The notes under the pieces were generated by a model that saw only the letters and a list, made by a program, of their open reading frames with translations, had not been told where the DNA came from and did not search any database. From positions 1 to 64,000 of the IMG/VR virus record IMGVR_UViG_3300035703_000009: 64,000 nucleotides of DNA; one strand, given 5' to 3'. Origin of the DNA: a virus. The position numbers and the translations under genes were made by a program. The first letter of the stretch is position 1. The number at the start of each line of letters is the position of its first letter. This document shows positions 1 to 9,054 of the stretch, one piece after another.

Positions 1-13
1 GTTAGTGGTAATT

Positions 14-277
14 TTAATCTTTGTATCTACTCCATACCGCAGAACCATCAATACCATCTTTCCACATTCCTTCGTCATTTTCCTTAACAGTTTTGAAGAA
101 TTCTTTAACTAAATCCAACACTTCTTTTTTATCCATTTTTACACCTTCGTAATATACATCATCTCTTTGATTTCTGAAGAATTCTTCAAAACGATTAAAA
201 CTACCACTAACATCAGATATACGCAATTCTTTTTCTGCGTTTTCCGAAGTTTTGTCTTTATTATTTAAGTTTTCCAT
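14..277 (-). CDS. hypothetical protein (87 aa)
   Basis: Intact ORF. Protein-like composition. No recognisable motif. Confidence 0.4.
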   Translation of the reverse strand: MENLNNKDKTSENAEKELRISDVSGSFNRFEEFFRNQRDDVYYEGVKMDKKEVLDLVKEFFKTVKENDEGMWKDGIDGSAVWSRYKD

Positions 278-319
278 ATCTATTTAATTTTGTGTTAGAA
301 CTGCGTATATCTACAACAG

Positions 320-520
320 TTATAGGCAATGTCTGATGAAGTTCACAGAAAGTATCTCGTATGATGGAAATTTTCGTTTTGCTTTACCTATTGCTCCTTT
401 ATCCGTTTTGGCGAACACTACAATGTCATAATGGGCATAATCCCACCTCATTTTAACCAAGAAGGCACTGCCTATAACAGCAGGTTGCTTCAATGGCTTA
501 GTTTCGTTCTTTTTTGACAT
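320..520 (-). CDS. hypothetical protein (66 aa)
   Basis: Short basic ORF in a same-strand gene series. Confidence 0.3.
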   Translation of the reverse strand: MSKKNETKPLKQPAVIGSAFLVKMRWDYAHYDIVVFAKTDKGAIGKAKRKFPSYEILSVNFIRHCL

Positions 521-627
521 ATCTTCGTTTATTTAAAGGTTGTAATTCTAATTAAGTTTATCGGTTAAAGTCGCCACTAAAGCAACCTGCAAAACGTTAT
601 GTGTAATACTATTATACTAAGTTAGAT

Positions 628-660
628 TAAAAAATAAAAAAGGGATCCTAAGATCCCTTT
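628..660 (-). terminator. rho-independent terminator (minus strand) downstream of 684..1442
   Basis: Hairpin aagggatc-ctaa-gatccctt (640-659), followed on the minus strand by a T-run (an A-run at 628-639 on plus). Confidence 0.5.
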
Positions 661-683
661 AGAGCCTGAAATTAAAATGCGTG

Positions 684-1442
684 TTACTGTTTAGCACCGC
701 AGCTGGGACAGAACTTCCAGCTGGAATTTTTCATCCTGGTGCCGCAGTCGGTGCAATAGTTGCGAATGCTCTGCACTTCTGCTGGCTTGCTCGATTCTGG
801 CAGGATCTGCATCACGATCGATTTGCTAAACCATATAGAATAACTCGAAGAGTCCTGCACAAAGCTTTGGTCGGAGCTCTCGCCCTTTTCAGCTCTGCCG
901 GTCTCGATTGTGCTCTTGCTTTTCACCGAGTTAGTAGACATCAGGGTTCCTGAAGAGTTCGAGGTGGTCGTAAAGCTCCCACCAATTGACTGAGAAGTGC
1001 TTGAGTAATAGCAGTTTACCGTTGTTCCGCCGAATGGAGGAAAACCTGATCCGTTGTAAACGTAGCCAGTCGACCAGTTTGAGGATGGCACGATTTCGTC
1101 ATAGAACTCGATGAGTACCTTGCCGTTCTGCTCGATTGCCTTGGCGGCTTGGGTAGAGTTCTCGACATCATATGTCTCAAATAGGAACTTCTTGGCCTCA
1201 TCGATCCAACGCTCTAAGAAGACGCGTTGGCCTGGACGAAGCACGATCCCTGCAGTCGAGATGGCGACTCCATTCAAGTAGATCTTGGCTAGAACTTTTG
1301 TTTGTTTTGGGTTAAATAACTCGATCTCGAACTGGGTTCCGTTCTTAAGATAGATCGAAGTGCCGTATTGTTTTAGGCGATTGCGATTCACTGCAACGTG
1401 TGCAGTAGGTTCACCCGAACCTGTGGTTGTTGTTTGGTACAT
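684..1442 (-). CDS. hypothetical protein with C-terminal zinc-ribbon (CxxC...CxxC)
   Basis: 252 aa. C-terminal CTDCG...CPSCG motif. Ser/Thr-rich middle region. Confidence 0.5.
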   Translation of the reverse strand: MYQTTTTGSGEPTAHVAVNRNRLKQYGTSIYLKNGTQFEIELFNPKQTKVLAKIYLNGVAISTAGIVLRPGQRVFLERWIDEAKKFLFETYDVENSTQAAKAIEQNGKVLIEFYDEIVPSSNWSTGYVYNGSGFPPFGGTTVNCYYSSTSQSIGGSFTTTSNSSGTLMSTNSVKSKSTIETGRAEKGESSDQSFVQDSSSYSIWFSKSIVMQILPESSKPAEVQSIRNYCTDCGTRMKNSSWKFCPSCGAKQ

Positions 1443-1624
1443 AGTTTACCTGATTATTTTTAATTTAAGCTAACGTCTTTGCGGCAGGTACCGCTCCAAA
1501 GCCACTGGGACTCGACGCCAACTAGAGTTTCAGGCTCTATTACTATATACTCTGTTAAACATCGTTGGTTTTGGAGCAATCAATTGCGTAACAAAAAATA
1601 AGGAAGCAATTAAAAGGCTTCTTT

Positions 1625-2353
1625 TCATGGTTTTGTCAGTTTTTGATGAGCATCGAGCTGTTTAACTAACTCGTTTATCCCAAAGTCAATAGGGCCGTAC
1701 TCTTCGTCTGAGCAGTCAAATACTACGCGATCGTCCACTAATTTTAGGCATGCACGACGGTTCCACTTCGATTCACCAAAATGGACCATGGTCACTACAC
1801 CACCTGAAGTCTCCTCCTTTTCTTGTAGGCCAGCTAAGATATTTTGCAAATCGCTAGTTGTTTTCCAGGACTCTTTAAAGTCAGGCTGCAATACTTTAAT
1901 TCTTTCAATCAGCTCAGCTTTGTAACCTTTTCTATAAACATACTGCTCAATTGCATCTGCTAGGTTCTGTAAGTATTGAGGAGCTGAAATATTGATACGT
2001 AGATCGTAATCGGACCATTTCGTCTTATAGTCCCACATCATGATGCCGTTAGTCAGTCTTTTTTCCAAGTTATGTAGGAATCGGTTGCGTACTCTAACGA
2101 TGGAGTTGTCGCTGCCAAATAGGTGTAAAAAACGAAGGAACCAACGAGGACACCACCAAGGTTTCGCAGCATGGTCCATTGCAACAACCAACGCCTTAAG
2201 CTCGCTCATCCCATCACCATATGGAACAGAGCCTAAATAATGATACTTCTCCCAAAAGTTCTTGGGGAAGAACACCGCTCTGATGTGATCAAGCTCAATA
2301 TCCATTGTGTGTACTGGGCCCACTTTTGCCTTTTTTCCTTTAAATATTTTCAT
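1625..2353 (-). CDS. hypothetical protein (242 aa)
   Basis: Long intact ORF. No recognised motif. Confidence 0.5.
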   Translation of the reverse strand: MKIFKGKKAKVGPVHTMDIELDHIRAVFFPKNFWEKYHYLGSVPYGDGMSELKALVVAMDHAAKPWWCPRWFLRFLHLFGSDNSIVRVRNRFLHNLEKRLTNGIMMWDYKTKWSDYDLRINISAPQYLQNLADAIEQYVYRKGYKAELIERIKVLQPDFKESWKTTSDLQNILAGLQEKEETSGGVVTMVHFGESKWNRRACLKLVDDRVVFDCSDEEYGPIDFGINELVKQLDAHQKLTKP

Positions 2354-2356
2354 AAG

Positions 2357-2689
2357 TTATTCTTTATTTGCTAATTCAAATAAAACGTCTGCGTGACAGG
2401 CTTTTGGATGACACCAACACGCGAGTGTCTTACCCTTCAATTTAGGTAGGTGTTCCAGTAACCACTTGCCTTCGCCCTCAGTGATCCACTCACGATACTT
2501 TTCAACAGCTTCTTCTCTGGTCGCAACTATGTGCTTAGCGAGAGTCTTCTTATCGGCCAGGTGGGTGAACGGGTTCCCCCATTGGGTTGGGCGTCCAACA
2601 TAGACGTCGTAGGCTTCCTTTTTAATGTGTACTACTTTAGGATGATTCATACTTTTCTTTTTCGGCCGCATCAAGCAGGCCCTTACCAA
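2357..2689 (-). CDS. DUF4326-like protein (YDVYVGRP...WGNPF...CWCHP..CHADVL)
   Basis: Motifs resemble the DUF4326 family found in phages and giant viruses. The true start is probably the internal Met near 2650, which gives only a small overlap with the upstream gene. Confidence 0.45.
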   Translation of the reverse strand: MVRACLMRPKKKSMNHPKVVHIKKEAYDVYVGRPTQWGNPFTHLADKKTLAKHIVATREEAVEKYREWITEGEGKWLLEHLPKLKGKTLACWCHPKACHADVLFELANKE

Positions 2690-3086
2690 ATTTTTCTACT
2701 CGCTCAACATATCGAGTTTTCACCCGGTCTGAGATGGCAAGCGGCGTGCCCTCATCATCGATGCGAACGAAGGTGATGTTGGTGTGCACCACTACTGCCT
2801 GCTTACCAGTATAAACGTTGTGCTTGCGAACTTCTAAGTAAACTTTGATTGATGTAGTGCCGAACTTTACCACCTCGCCGTAGATCTTTAGGATGTTGCC
2901 GATCTTTACAGGTGTCTTGAACACCAGCTCATCGATCTTTAGGGTGACGATTCGCTGAGTATCACAGATCTGTGAAACGTAAGATGCAGCCGCATCATCG
3001 ACGATCGAAAGTATTGTGCCCCCAAACATATTGGAGTGGACTCCGATATCGCTGGCTTTGCAAATATATGTTGTGATTAGTTCCAT
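2637..3086 (-). CDS. acyl-CoA thioesterase, hotdog fold (YciA/4HBT-like)
   Basis: HSNMFGGTILSIVDDAAA motif and a size of 149 aa, typical of hotdog thioesterases. Confidence 0.55.
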   Translation of the reverse strand: MELITTYICKASDIGVHSNMFGGTILSIVDDAAASYVSQICDTQRIVTLKIDELVFKTPVKIGNILKIYGEVVKFGTTSIKVYLEVRKHNVYTGKQAVVVHTNITFVRIDDEGTPLAISDRVKTRYVERVEKFGKGLLDAAEKEKYESS

Positions 3087-3090
3087 ATAG

Positions 3091-3438
3091 TTATTTTTTG
3101 ACTACTTTAAAAAGTGCTTTTTCGATGTAGAAACCGTTATTGATGAAATACTTTAAACTATCGACGTTACAGTGCGCGTAAACGGTTTTTTGAACATCCT
3201 TTAATTTAGCATCTCGATAGTTCCATAACATTTTATAGATTCCTCGACTTCTATATTCTTCTTTTACAAATGCATGGCATAAATAAATCACTGTTTCTTG
3301 TTCAACATATGAGACTATTCCTACTAACTCTCCTTTTATGAAACATCCATAATAGGTGGCGATTGCATCAATCAAGTCAGGTTTGATTTCGCTAAATTCC
3401 TTTTTTACTTTAGAATAATCTACTTTTTTTATTTCCAT
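3091..3438 (-). CDS. putative GNAT-family acetyltransferase
   Basis: 115 aa. The VKEEYRSRGIYKML stretch resembles the acetyl-CoA binding motif A. Confidence 0.35.
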   Translation of the reverse strand: MEIKKVDYSKVKKEFSEIKPDLIDAIATYYGCFIKGELVGIVSYVEQETVIYLCHAFVKEEYRSRGIYKMLWNYRDAKLKDVQKTVYAHCNVDSLKYFINNGFYIEKALFKVVKK

Positions 3439-4094
3439 TAGCTTTGAATGTTTGAACCAAACGACTTGTCCTGCACAACTTGGTTAAAGGGTAGCACCAC
3501 TCTAATGTTATACTTACCGGATTGGTTATGGTTATAGCTCATGTGCTGTAGTACTTTCGCATAAAAGTTGTCGATCTCCATGCCGGACCGCGCTCCCATC
3601 TCCAAGATGTCGAGGTAAGTCGTCGACTTGAGAGCGTATGCGTGCGCACACACTATCTGATTACGAAAGAACGGCTCGACAAGGCCTCCAAAGTACAGCT
3701 GGTCCCAATCGTTAAGTATCGATTGATTGATAGTTAGCAGCTCATTAGGGTCTGTCAGGAATAGAGCATCGTCCTCTAAGATGAGGACTCTATCCCAACT
3801 CTTGCTCTTAGCCAGCTGCACGCACTTGAGGTGGCTCGCTCTACAGGAGAGGGATCCCAACCTGTACTTCATGTCGTGCTTGATAAAGTTACGATACTCG
3901 ACCTGGTCAGGTAGCTGAGTGAGCTCGACCGCTTCTACTCTCTCAAAGTTGGTGATGTTCCACTTCTTAAACTGCTGTAGCAGACTAGCCATGCGACTCG
4001 TCTCACTAGCTCGGTTAATGTAGAGAACTCGATCAAAGTAGGAGTCGATTGATGTTGCCCGATAGGTAAAGTCATGCATCATCTCCTGTTCCAA
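3438..4094 (-). CDS. hypothetical protein, possibly GT25-like glycosyltransferase
   Basis: VLYINRASETSRM near the N-terminus and RVLILEDDALF resemble GT25 family motifs. Weak. Confidence 0.3.
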   Translation of the reverse strand: MEQEMMHDFTYRATSIDSYFDRVLYINRASETSRMASLLQQFKKWNITNFERVEAVELTQLPDQVEYRNFIKHDMKYRLGSLSCRASHLKCVQLAKSKSWDRVLILEDDALFLTDPNELLTINQSILNDWDQLYFGGLVEPFFRNQIVCAHAYALKSTTYLDILEMGARSGMEIDNFYAKVLQHMSYNHNQSGKYNIRVVLPFNQVVQDKSFGSNIQS

Positions 4095-4291
4095 ACCACC
4101 TCACCATTTACTTTGACTTTCGTGATTCCCTTGCCGCGAGAGAGCAGAGCGTTGACGTATTTTCTGGGACTCTTGATCTTATCATAGACTCGAGAGTTTC
4201 CTTTTTCATAGATGACAGTCACAGTATCGCCGCCTGGTAAGAGGCTCAATTCGTTGATTCTGTGCTCGTCACTGACGTGTATTGTGCTCAT
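4079..4291 (-). CDS. hypothetical protein (70 aa)
   Basis: ORF translationally coupled to neighbouring genes. Confidence 0.35.
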   Translation of the reverse strand: MSTIHVSDEHRINELSLLPGGDTVTVIYEKGNSRVYDKIKSPRKYVNALLSRGKGITKVKVNGEVVWNRR

Positions 4292-4632
4292 AGTTCAAAT
4301 TTTTTCTTTAGGAATTTATAGGAATTGGAATGACGAATTGGGTGCAACTCTTCAGTGAATTGGTCGATAAGTAAGATCAGAGAAGCTGTATGCGCATCAA
4401 TCAGGTCGACCTTCCTTTGGACAGTGACGTTTAGTCGTTCATCGATCTGCTCCTCAAGCTCTTCTTCGATCCATAGGTTGTCCTCAAGTTGGTGCTTGAA
4501 CTCGTCCATGTGCAAGTCCTCATAGACCCTGCGTGAGATGCCGTCCAGGATCAGCACTCTGGGCACGTGTGCGTACTGTTGTTCAGCGATGAGCGAGTCC
4601 TTTCCGGTGTATTTCCAACTTTTATACGGCAT
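4288..4632 (-). CDS. hypothetical protein (114 aa)
   Basis: ORF within the coupled gene series. No motif. Confidence 0.4.
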   Translation of the reverse strand: MPYKSWKYTGKDSLIAEQQYAHVPRVLILDGISRRVYEDLHMDEFKHQLEDNLWIEEELEEQIDERLNVTVQRKVDLIDAHTASLILLIDQFTEELHPIRHSNSYKFLKKKFEL

Positions 4633-4634
4633 GT

Positions 4635-4904
4635 TTACTTTATTTGGATCATTGATACCGATTCTACTCCGCGATAGATCAAAAGGTTTAGCGTGTCGTT
4701 GACCTGCACTAGGTTTAGACCATGGTCAACTTCGTGAGTCAGCCTGGTAATTTCGATGCCCTTTAGGGTCACGGCGTTGGTGCGGCCGATCTCTTCCACT
4801 TGAGTCGGCAGTTTCTTTGATTTCATCTTAATAAAGTAGGAGATTCCGATCGATGTTAATATTGAGAAGATTAAGATTAAGATAAACGGTTTTAGGTTAT
4901 ACAT
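4635..4904 (-). CDS. small membrane protein (N-terminal TM helix)
   Basis: Hydrophobic N-terminus LKPFILILIFSILTSIGISYFI. Confidence 0.4.
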   Translation of the reverse strand: MYNLKPFILILIFSILTSIGISYFIKMKSKKLPTQVEEIGRTNAVTLKGIEITRLTHEVDHGLNLVQVNDTLNLLIYRGVESVSMIQIK

Positions 4905-5427
4905 GGGCCTCTTGGGTTTTATTCTGGTGATTTAAGATCCTGTCTAAATGTTTCCACATCGCGCTGGCTTCGAGGTGTTCAGGTGTGAACAGGTTATCCC
5001 TAAAGTCCTGGTATTCTGAATAGTACATCTTCACGATGTCGTTGCCCATTCGTTGGCCGTGCTCGATGTTTGCGATGCGATCGGCTAGCTTCACGATGAT
5101 GGCTAACTCACCGCAAGCCCTAATCTTAGGATAGGTTTTGGCCTTGCGCTCCTTACGATTGCGACCTAGTTCGTCAGTGACTGCGAAGACTATCTCTGCC
5201 ACCCTGGTGCCAAAGGCTTGCTTGATCTTTGAATATGTTAGGTCGCCGTCCTCGATCGAGTCGTGCAACCAGCCGGCAATTAGGGCATCGCCGCTGTGAC
5301 CATACCGCTTAAGCACGTCGACCACATCGCGTAGGTGCTTTTCATATGGAAAAATATCGTATGTCTGGTTTCTGTGGGTCAACAGTGATACCATCTCAGC
5401 TTCGTGATATAGTTTTGCGTAATTCAT
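4897..5427 (-). CDS. small alarmone hydrolase (RelA/SpoT-type HD domain, Mesh1/SAH-like)
   Basis: HRNQTYD..FPYEKHLRDV...LIAGWLHDSIEDGD...VKLADRIANI matches the (p)ppGpp hydrolase HD-domain motifs (HD, ED, KLADRLHN). Confidence 0.65.
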   Translation of the reverse strand: MNYAKLYHEAEMVSLLTHRNQTYDIFPYEKHLRDVVDVLKRYGHSGDALIAGWLHDSIEDGDLTYSKIKQAFGTRVAEIVFAVTDELGRNRKERKAKTYPKIRACGELAIIVKLADRIANIEHGQRMGNDIVKMYYSEYQDFRDNLFTPEHLEASAMWKHLDRILNHQNKTQEAHV

Positions 5428-5720
5428 AGTTTATCCTTTAGTTTAGAGTAGCTTTTTTCTATTTTTTCAATGAGACCTAAGTCAACTGTTATCTTTTTTA
5501 AGTCGCTGATCGGCATCGGAGCGTAACAACGTTTGGTTCCTCTTATTTTTCGATACTTAATTCCGAGGCGAGATGTCGTCCAGTGCTTTTTAAGCGAGTC
5601 AGTGTGGCCTAAGTTAAAAGCATCTTCACTACACAAGACCAGAAAACCGACTTGTAAATCCTTTGCCATGAGCAAGGAGTCGTCTATCCAAAGGTCTGTT
5701 AAAATGAGCTGATTGTTCAT
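5424..5720 (-). CDS. hypothetical protein (98 aa)
   Basis: ORF overlapping the downstream gene start by 4 nt. Confidence 0.4.
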   Translation of the reverse strand: MNNQLILTDLWIDDSLLMAKDLQVGFLVLCSEDAFNLGHTDSLKKHWTTSRLGIKYRKIRGTKRCYAPMPISDLKKITVDLGLIEKIEKSYSKLKDKL

Positions 5721-5760
5721 GTGTTTAATATATGATACTAAAAATAGAGACTAATTAAAA

Positions 5761-5790
5761 CAAAAAAGGAGCGATTGCTCGCTCCTTTGT
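5761..5790 (-). terminator. rho-independent terminator (minus strand) downstream of 5807..6988
   Basis: Hairpin aaaggagcg-attgct-cgctccttt, followed on the minus strand by a T-run. Confidence 0.55.
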
Positions 5791-5806
5791 AAAGATAACT
5801 CATTTA

Positions 5807-6988
5807 TTATTTTCTGTCCTCAAGCAACTTCACTCCAAGTAAGCTTTCCAATAGGTTGGCTTGACCGTTTCCGTTGCTGCCTGAAATGTAGGTATTAGGC
5901 AGAGTAACTTTAGATAGTTTTTCAGCAACTCCGACTTTCGTCTTGTACTCCCATTCAGCTTTCTCCTGTGGAGTAAGACCGGCCGCTACTAATTTTGCGT
6001 TCTGATAAGATTGAGCATCAGCTAAGATCTTAATTTTTTGGTTTTCCAACTCAGCTGCCTCTTTTTCAAGTTTAGCAACCTCTTTTCTAGTTTCAGCGGT
6101 AACTACCTGTTTAGTTTGATCTTGTTTTTGTTCATATTCTATCTCCACGAGAGCTTGTTCACCCTTTGCCTTGGCTGTGAGGGCCTGTTGTTGGGCAGTC
6201 ATCAATTCCTGCTTGGAAACGCTAGCCTTAGTCGATGCGGCAACTTTCTTTGAGATCATGTCGTCCACTTGCTTTTCATAATCAACATCAGTGACCTGAG
6301 CGTCAGCTACTGTGATATTGTATTCTTTGATTGAGGAAGTTTTACGTTTGTATGTGCCGTCTCCGTTCTTTTGGATCTCTGTCTTATACACTCGCTTGTC
6401 TTCTTTCTCGAGAGAGTCGAACACAAACTGCTCGCTGGTCATCAAGAGGAAGGATCCATTCTTTAACTGATCGATGAAGTCCTGGGCCATCTGTGCTCGA
6501 CCTCCGGAGTAGTGCATCTCTGAGCTCATCAGCTGGGCTGAAGACTGCAAGCACTCTTTGGTATAAGGAGAGAGGCGTTTGGTCACCAACGACTGCGGAG
6601 TACGATGCGTGTTGTGGATGAGTACCATGTCCTTCTCGTCATTCGGCAAGATGTACTGGGTGATACCTTTCACATTAGCAGTAGTCGCGTCTCCACCAAA
6701 TCGAATGTTAATCACTCCGATCTCGATTGAGTTGTCGTTAAGATCTAAGTCGGCTTCGTTTTGCTGGTACGAAACTGAGATTTGGTTTGGCCATGCGGTC
6801 TGCTTTGCAAAGAAACCTGCATAGTAGACACCGGACTCAAACTGAACGAATTGCTTTCCACTTAATTGCTGGACAACGGTACGTTCACCACCATCGTTCC
6901 AGGAGAATGGGTTGATTATCGAAACTACGATTAACCCTACGATTGCAAGACCGGCAATCACGGCATACTTGATTGGACTTTTTTCCAT
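5807..6988 (-). CDS. SPFH/band-7 (stomatin/HflK-like) membrane protein
   Basis: N-terminal TM helix, then an SPFH-like segment (IINPFSW..GERTVV), then a long Glu/Lys/Ala-rich coiled coil. Confidence 0.5.
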   Translation of the reverse strand: MEKSPIKYAVIAGLAIVGLIVVSIINPFSWNDGGERTVVQQLSGKQFVQFESGVYYAGFFAKQTAWPNQISVSYQQNEADLDLNDNSIEIGVINIRFGGDATTANVKGITQYILPNDEKDMVLIHNTHRTPQSLVTKRLSPYTKECLQSSAQLMSSEMHYSGGRAQMAQDFIDQLKNGSFLLMTSEQFVFDSLEKEDKRVYKTEIQKNGDGTYKRKTSSIKEYNITVADAQVTDVDYEKQVDDMISKKVAASTKASVSKQELMTAQQQALTAKAKGEQALVEIEYEQKQDQTKQVVTAETRKEVAKLEKEAAELENQKIKILADAQSYQNAKLVAAGLTPQEKAEWEYKTKVGVAEKLSKVTLPNTYISGSNGNGQANLLESLLGVKLLEDRK

Positions 6989-7007
6989 TTTATTGTTGTT
7001 TAATTGT

Positions 7008-7280
7008 TTACAGATGTGATATTTTGCTCTTTAGGTCTTGAGCACGAGTGAGCTGATTTTTATAGCTCTCAAGGCGTTGTTCTGCCTCGATGACGCCGTT
7101 TGCAGAGTCAGCTTCTGCCTCTTCAATACGCTTCTTCAGCGTCTCGATGATCTGATCGATGCTTGTAGTGTCTGCCTTTTGCTTTGCTGGTGCCAAGTAA
7201 AACTTAGCAATGTTCCAGATTGCCCAAAAGAAGAGTAGGCTAAAACCTACGATGATGAATGTTACTAATAGTTTAAACAT
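7008..7280 (-). CDS. small membrane protein with coiled-coil tail
   Basis: N-terminal hydrophobic helix. Charged helical C-terminus. Confidence 0.45.
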   Translation of the reverse strand: MFKLLVTFIIVGFSLLFFWAIWNIAKFYLAPAKQKADTTSIDQIIETLKKRIEEAEADSANGVIEAEQRLESYKNQLTRAQDLKSKISHL

Positions 7281-7291
7281 AGTTTGATTGG

Positions 7292-7768
7292 TTATACGGT
7301 GTGCTCAATTCTTACTCTAACGCAAGTCTGAGGTTTATGAAAATTCATGAAAAAGTTATTGATGTAGCCCATTATGTTAGCTGAGCCGATTGGATTTGCC
7401 GAGTGGGTGTATATTGTTGGAAAATATCCACGTTGGTGAGGGTGCCTGACCTCAAACCAGTGTTCAACTAGCCATTTAGCGCAGTCATATCCGGTCTTTT
7501 CCTTGATGTTGTCGTAATTGAGAGTGTAGTTAGGAGAGACGTTTGTGTAATATTCCTGCATCGCAGAATCTCCCAAGTCATGGTCTAACGAGATGGTCTC
7601 TATGTTGTCCAGCCCAAGTTCATTGACTTTAGCTACGAACTCATCGTAACTTCTCACCACTATCCACTCAGGATCGATGGGAGTCCTGACGTCATCTAAA
7701 TAGATTTTATGTTTCATTGGAGCTATTATACTAACTTGAACTACTACTTTAAAATTTGTTTTGTGCAA
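7292..7768 (-). CDS. hypothetical protein (158 aa, TTG start)
   Basis: Intact ORF with conserved-looking YLDDVRTP...ISLDHDLGD...DCAKW segments. Family not recognised. Confidence 0.45.
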   Translation of the reverse strand: MHKTNFKVVVQVSIIAPMKHKIYLDDVRTPIDPEWIVVRSYDEFVAKVNELGLDNIETISLDHDLGDSAMQEYYTNVSPNYTLNYDNIKEKTGYDCAKWLVEHWFEVRHPHQRGYFPTIYTHSANPIGSANIMGYINNFFMNFHKPQTCVRVRIEHTV

Positions 7769-7771
7769 TGC

Positions 7772-7790
7772 GAATAAATAACTAAAAAAG
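7772..7790 (+). promoter_or_regulatory. late-promoter-like motif variant (GAATAAATAACTAAAAAAG)
   Basis: Close variant of the recurrent ATAAATAATAAAAA motif, 8 nt upstream of the ATG at 7798. Confidence 0.4.
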
Positions 7791-7797
7791 AAGCAAT

Positions 7798-8448
7798 ATG
7801 TCAGAACGAGTACTAAATTTCTCAGAATTCTTCACAAAATACTCAAAGGAAGGACACGTAGACCAGGCAAGCCTTGATAACTTTACAGGAGCAGCCGCTA
7901 ACTTTGAAGAAGGATTTGACAAAGACACATACGACCAAGCTCCACTGGGTCCAAAAAAACCGATCGCATCAAGCACTGAGACAACTCCTCCACAACCTGG
8001 AGAAGTAGGAGCTCCTACCTTTAACGCAGAAACAGAAGAAGACATGGTCGCGCCAGACGAGATCGTTGCTGCCGATGAACCTGAAGGAGATGCAGAAGAG
8101 CCAGCCGAAGAGGCTGATGAATCTGATGAGCCGACAGAAGAAAAAGAAGAGAATGATGAGACACCAGAACCGGAAGCCGGCGCTAATCCTAAGAAGAAAG
8201 AAGAAAAGGTAGAAGAAGGATTAGTTGTAGATTTCGCTAACTTCATCAATGAAGAGTTCGATGACTTTGAATACGAAGGAGATGATCACTATCATGAAGA
8301 GCAAGAAGAAGACGACTTATTGGGAGCTAATCCATTTGACGAAGACGATGACTTTGGCCATGAAGAAGACGAATACGAATATTGCGATCAGTGTGACGAA
8401 CCTATCTATCACACGGTAGAAGGAGCAAGCTGCGGATGTAACATGTAA
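7798..8448 (+). CDS. highly acidic protein with C-terminal Cys cluster
   Basis: 216 aa, Asp/Glu-rich, low complexity. C-terminal CDQCDEP...CGC. Promoter-motif variant lies upstream. Confidence 0.5.
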   Translation: MSERVLNFSEFFTKYSKEGHVDQASLDNFTGAAANFEEGFDKDTYDQAPLGPKKPIASSTETTPPQPGEVGAPTFNAETEEDMVAPDEIVAADEPEGDAEEPAEEADESDEPTEEKEENDETPEPEAGANPKKKEEKVEEGLVVDFANFINEEFDDFEYEGDDHYHEEQEEDDLLGANPFDEDDDFGHEEDEYEYCDQCDEPIYHTVEGASCGCNM

Positions 8449-8460
8449 AAAACTTAACGA

Positions 8461-9054
8461 ATGACTGGAATAATTATTGCATTCTTAGCAGGAGCGACGG
8501 CCGCAACATCTGCCTTGCTTGCCAAAAAATACTTGGCAACTAAAAAAAGACCTGACCTGATCGCTGACACAGTGAACAACGCTAACGTGATACACGATCA
8601 ATTAGATAAAATGCTAATAGAGTTTGAAGCCAACCGAATTTGGATAGCACAGTTTCACAATGGCGGACACTATTATCCAACCGGTAAGTCAATCCAAAAA
8701 TTTAGCTTCTTTTTTGAAGTAGTAAAGAACACAAAGGACGCTATTCAATCTAATTTTCAAAACATACCAGTGAACCTGTTTAGCAGAGCGCTAGGACAGA
8801 TACTTGAGAACGACATAATCGCTATCCCAGACTATAAAGACAAGAAGGTCGCTACCTATGGATTAAAATATGTGGCTGAGACCCACAAGTCAAAGAGCTC
8901 ATACCTTTTTGCCATCCGCAACGTTGACAACCGACTGATTGGTGTCATCGGGATCGACTATACCGAAAAAACTAAAAAACTTGATCCTCTTGATGTGACC
9001 CTACTTAAGTTAGAGGCAACCAAGATCGGTGGAGTGTTGATGAGTCACCTATGA
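8461..9054 (+). CDS. membrane-anchored hypothetical protein
   Basis: N-terminal TM helix (IIIAFLAGATAATSALLA). 197 aa. Confidence 0.5.
   Translation: MTGIIIAFLAGATAATSALLAKKYLATKKRPDLIADTVNNANVIHDQLDKMLIEFEANRIWIAQFHNGGHYYPTGKSIQKFSFFFEVVKNTKDAIQSNFQNIPVNLFSRALGQILENDIIAIPDYKDKKVATYGLKYVAETHKSKSSYLFAIRNVDNRLIGVIGIDYTEKTKKLDPLDVTLLKLEATKIGGVLMSHL

Noticed and set aside
1443-1624. tRNA gene or CRISPR array search in intergenic regions (for example 1443-1624, 17974-18133, 59557-59750)
   Set aside because: No cloverleaf-compatible sequence with GTTCxAnnC T-arm was found. No regularly spaced direct repeats separate from the protein-coding repeat arrays.
6038-6824. Plus-strand ORFs 6038..6253 and 6579..6824 inside the SPFH gene
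   Set aside because: Antisense to a long, well-supported minus-strand ORF. Hydrophobic junk composition.
7782-8249. Minus-strand ORF (155 aa, Ser-rich) antisense to the acidic protein gene 7798..8448
   Set aside because: Ser-rich low complexity is the expected antisense translation of the GAA/GAT-rich coding strand. The sense ORF has a promoter motif and a plausible start.
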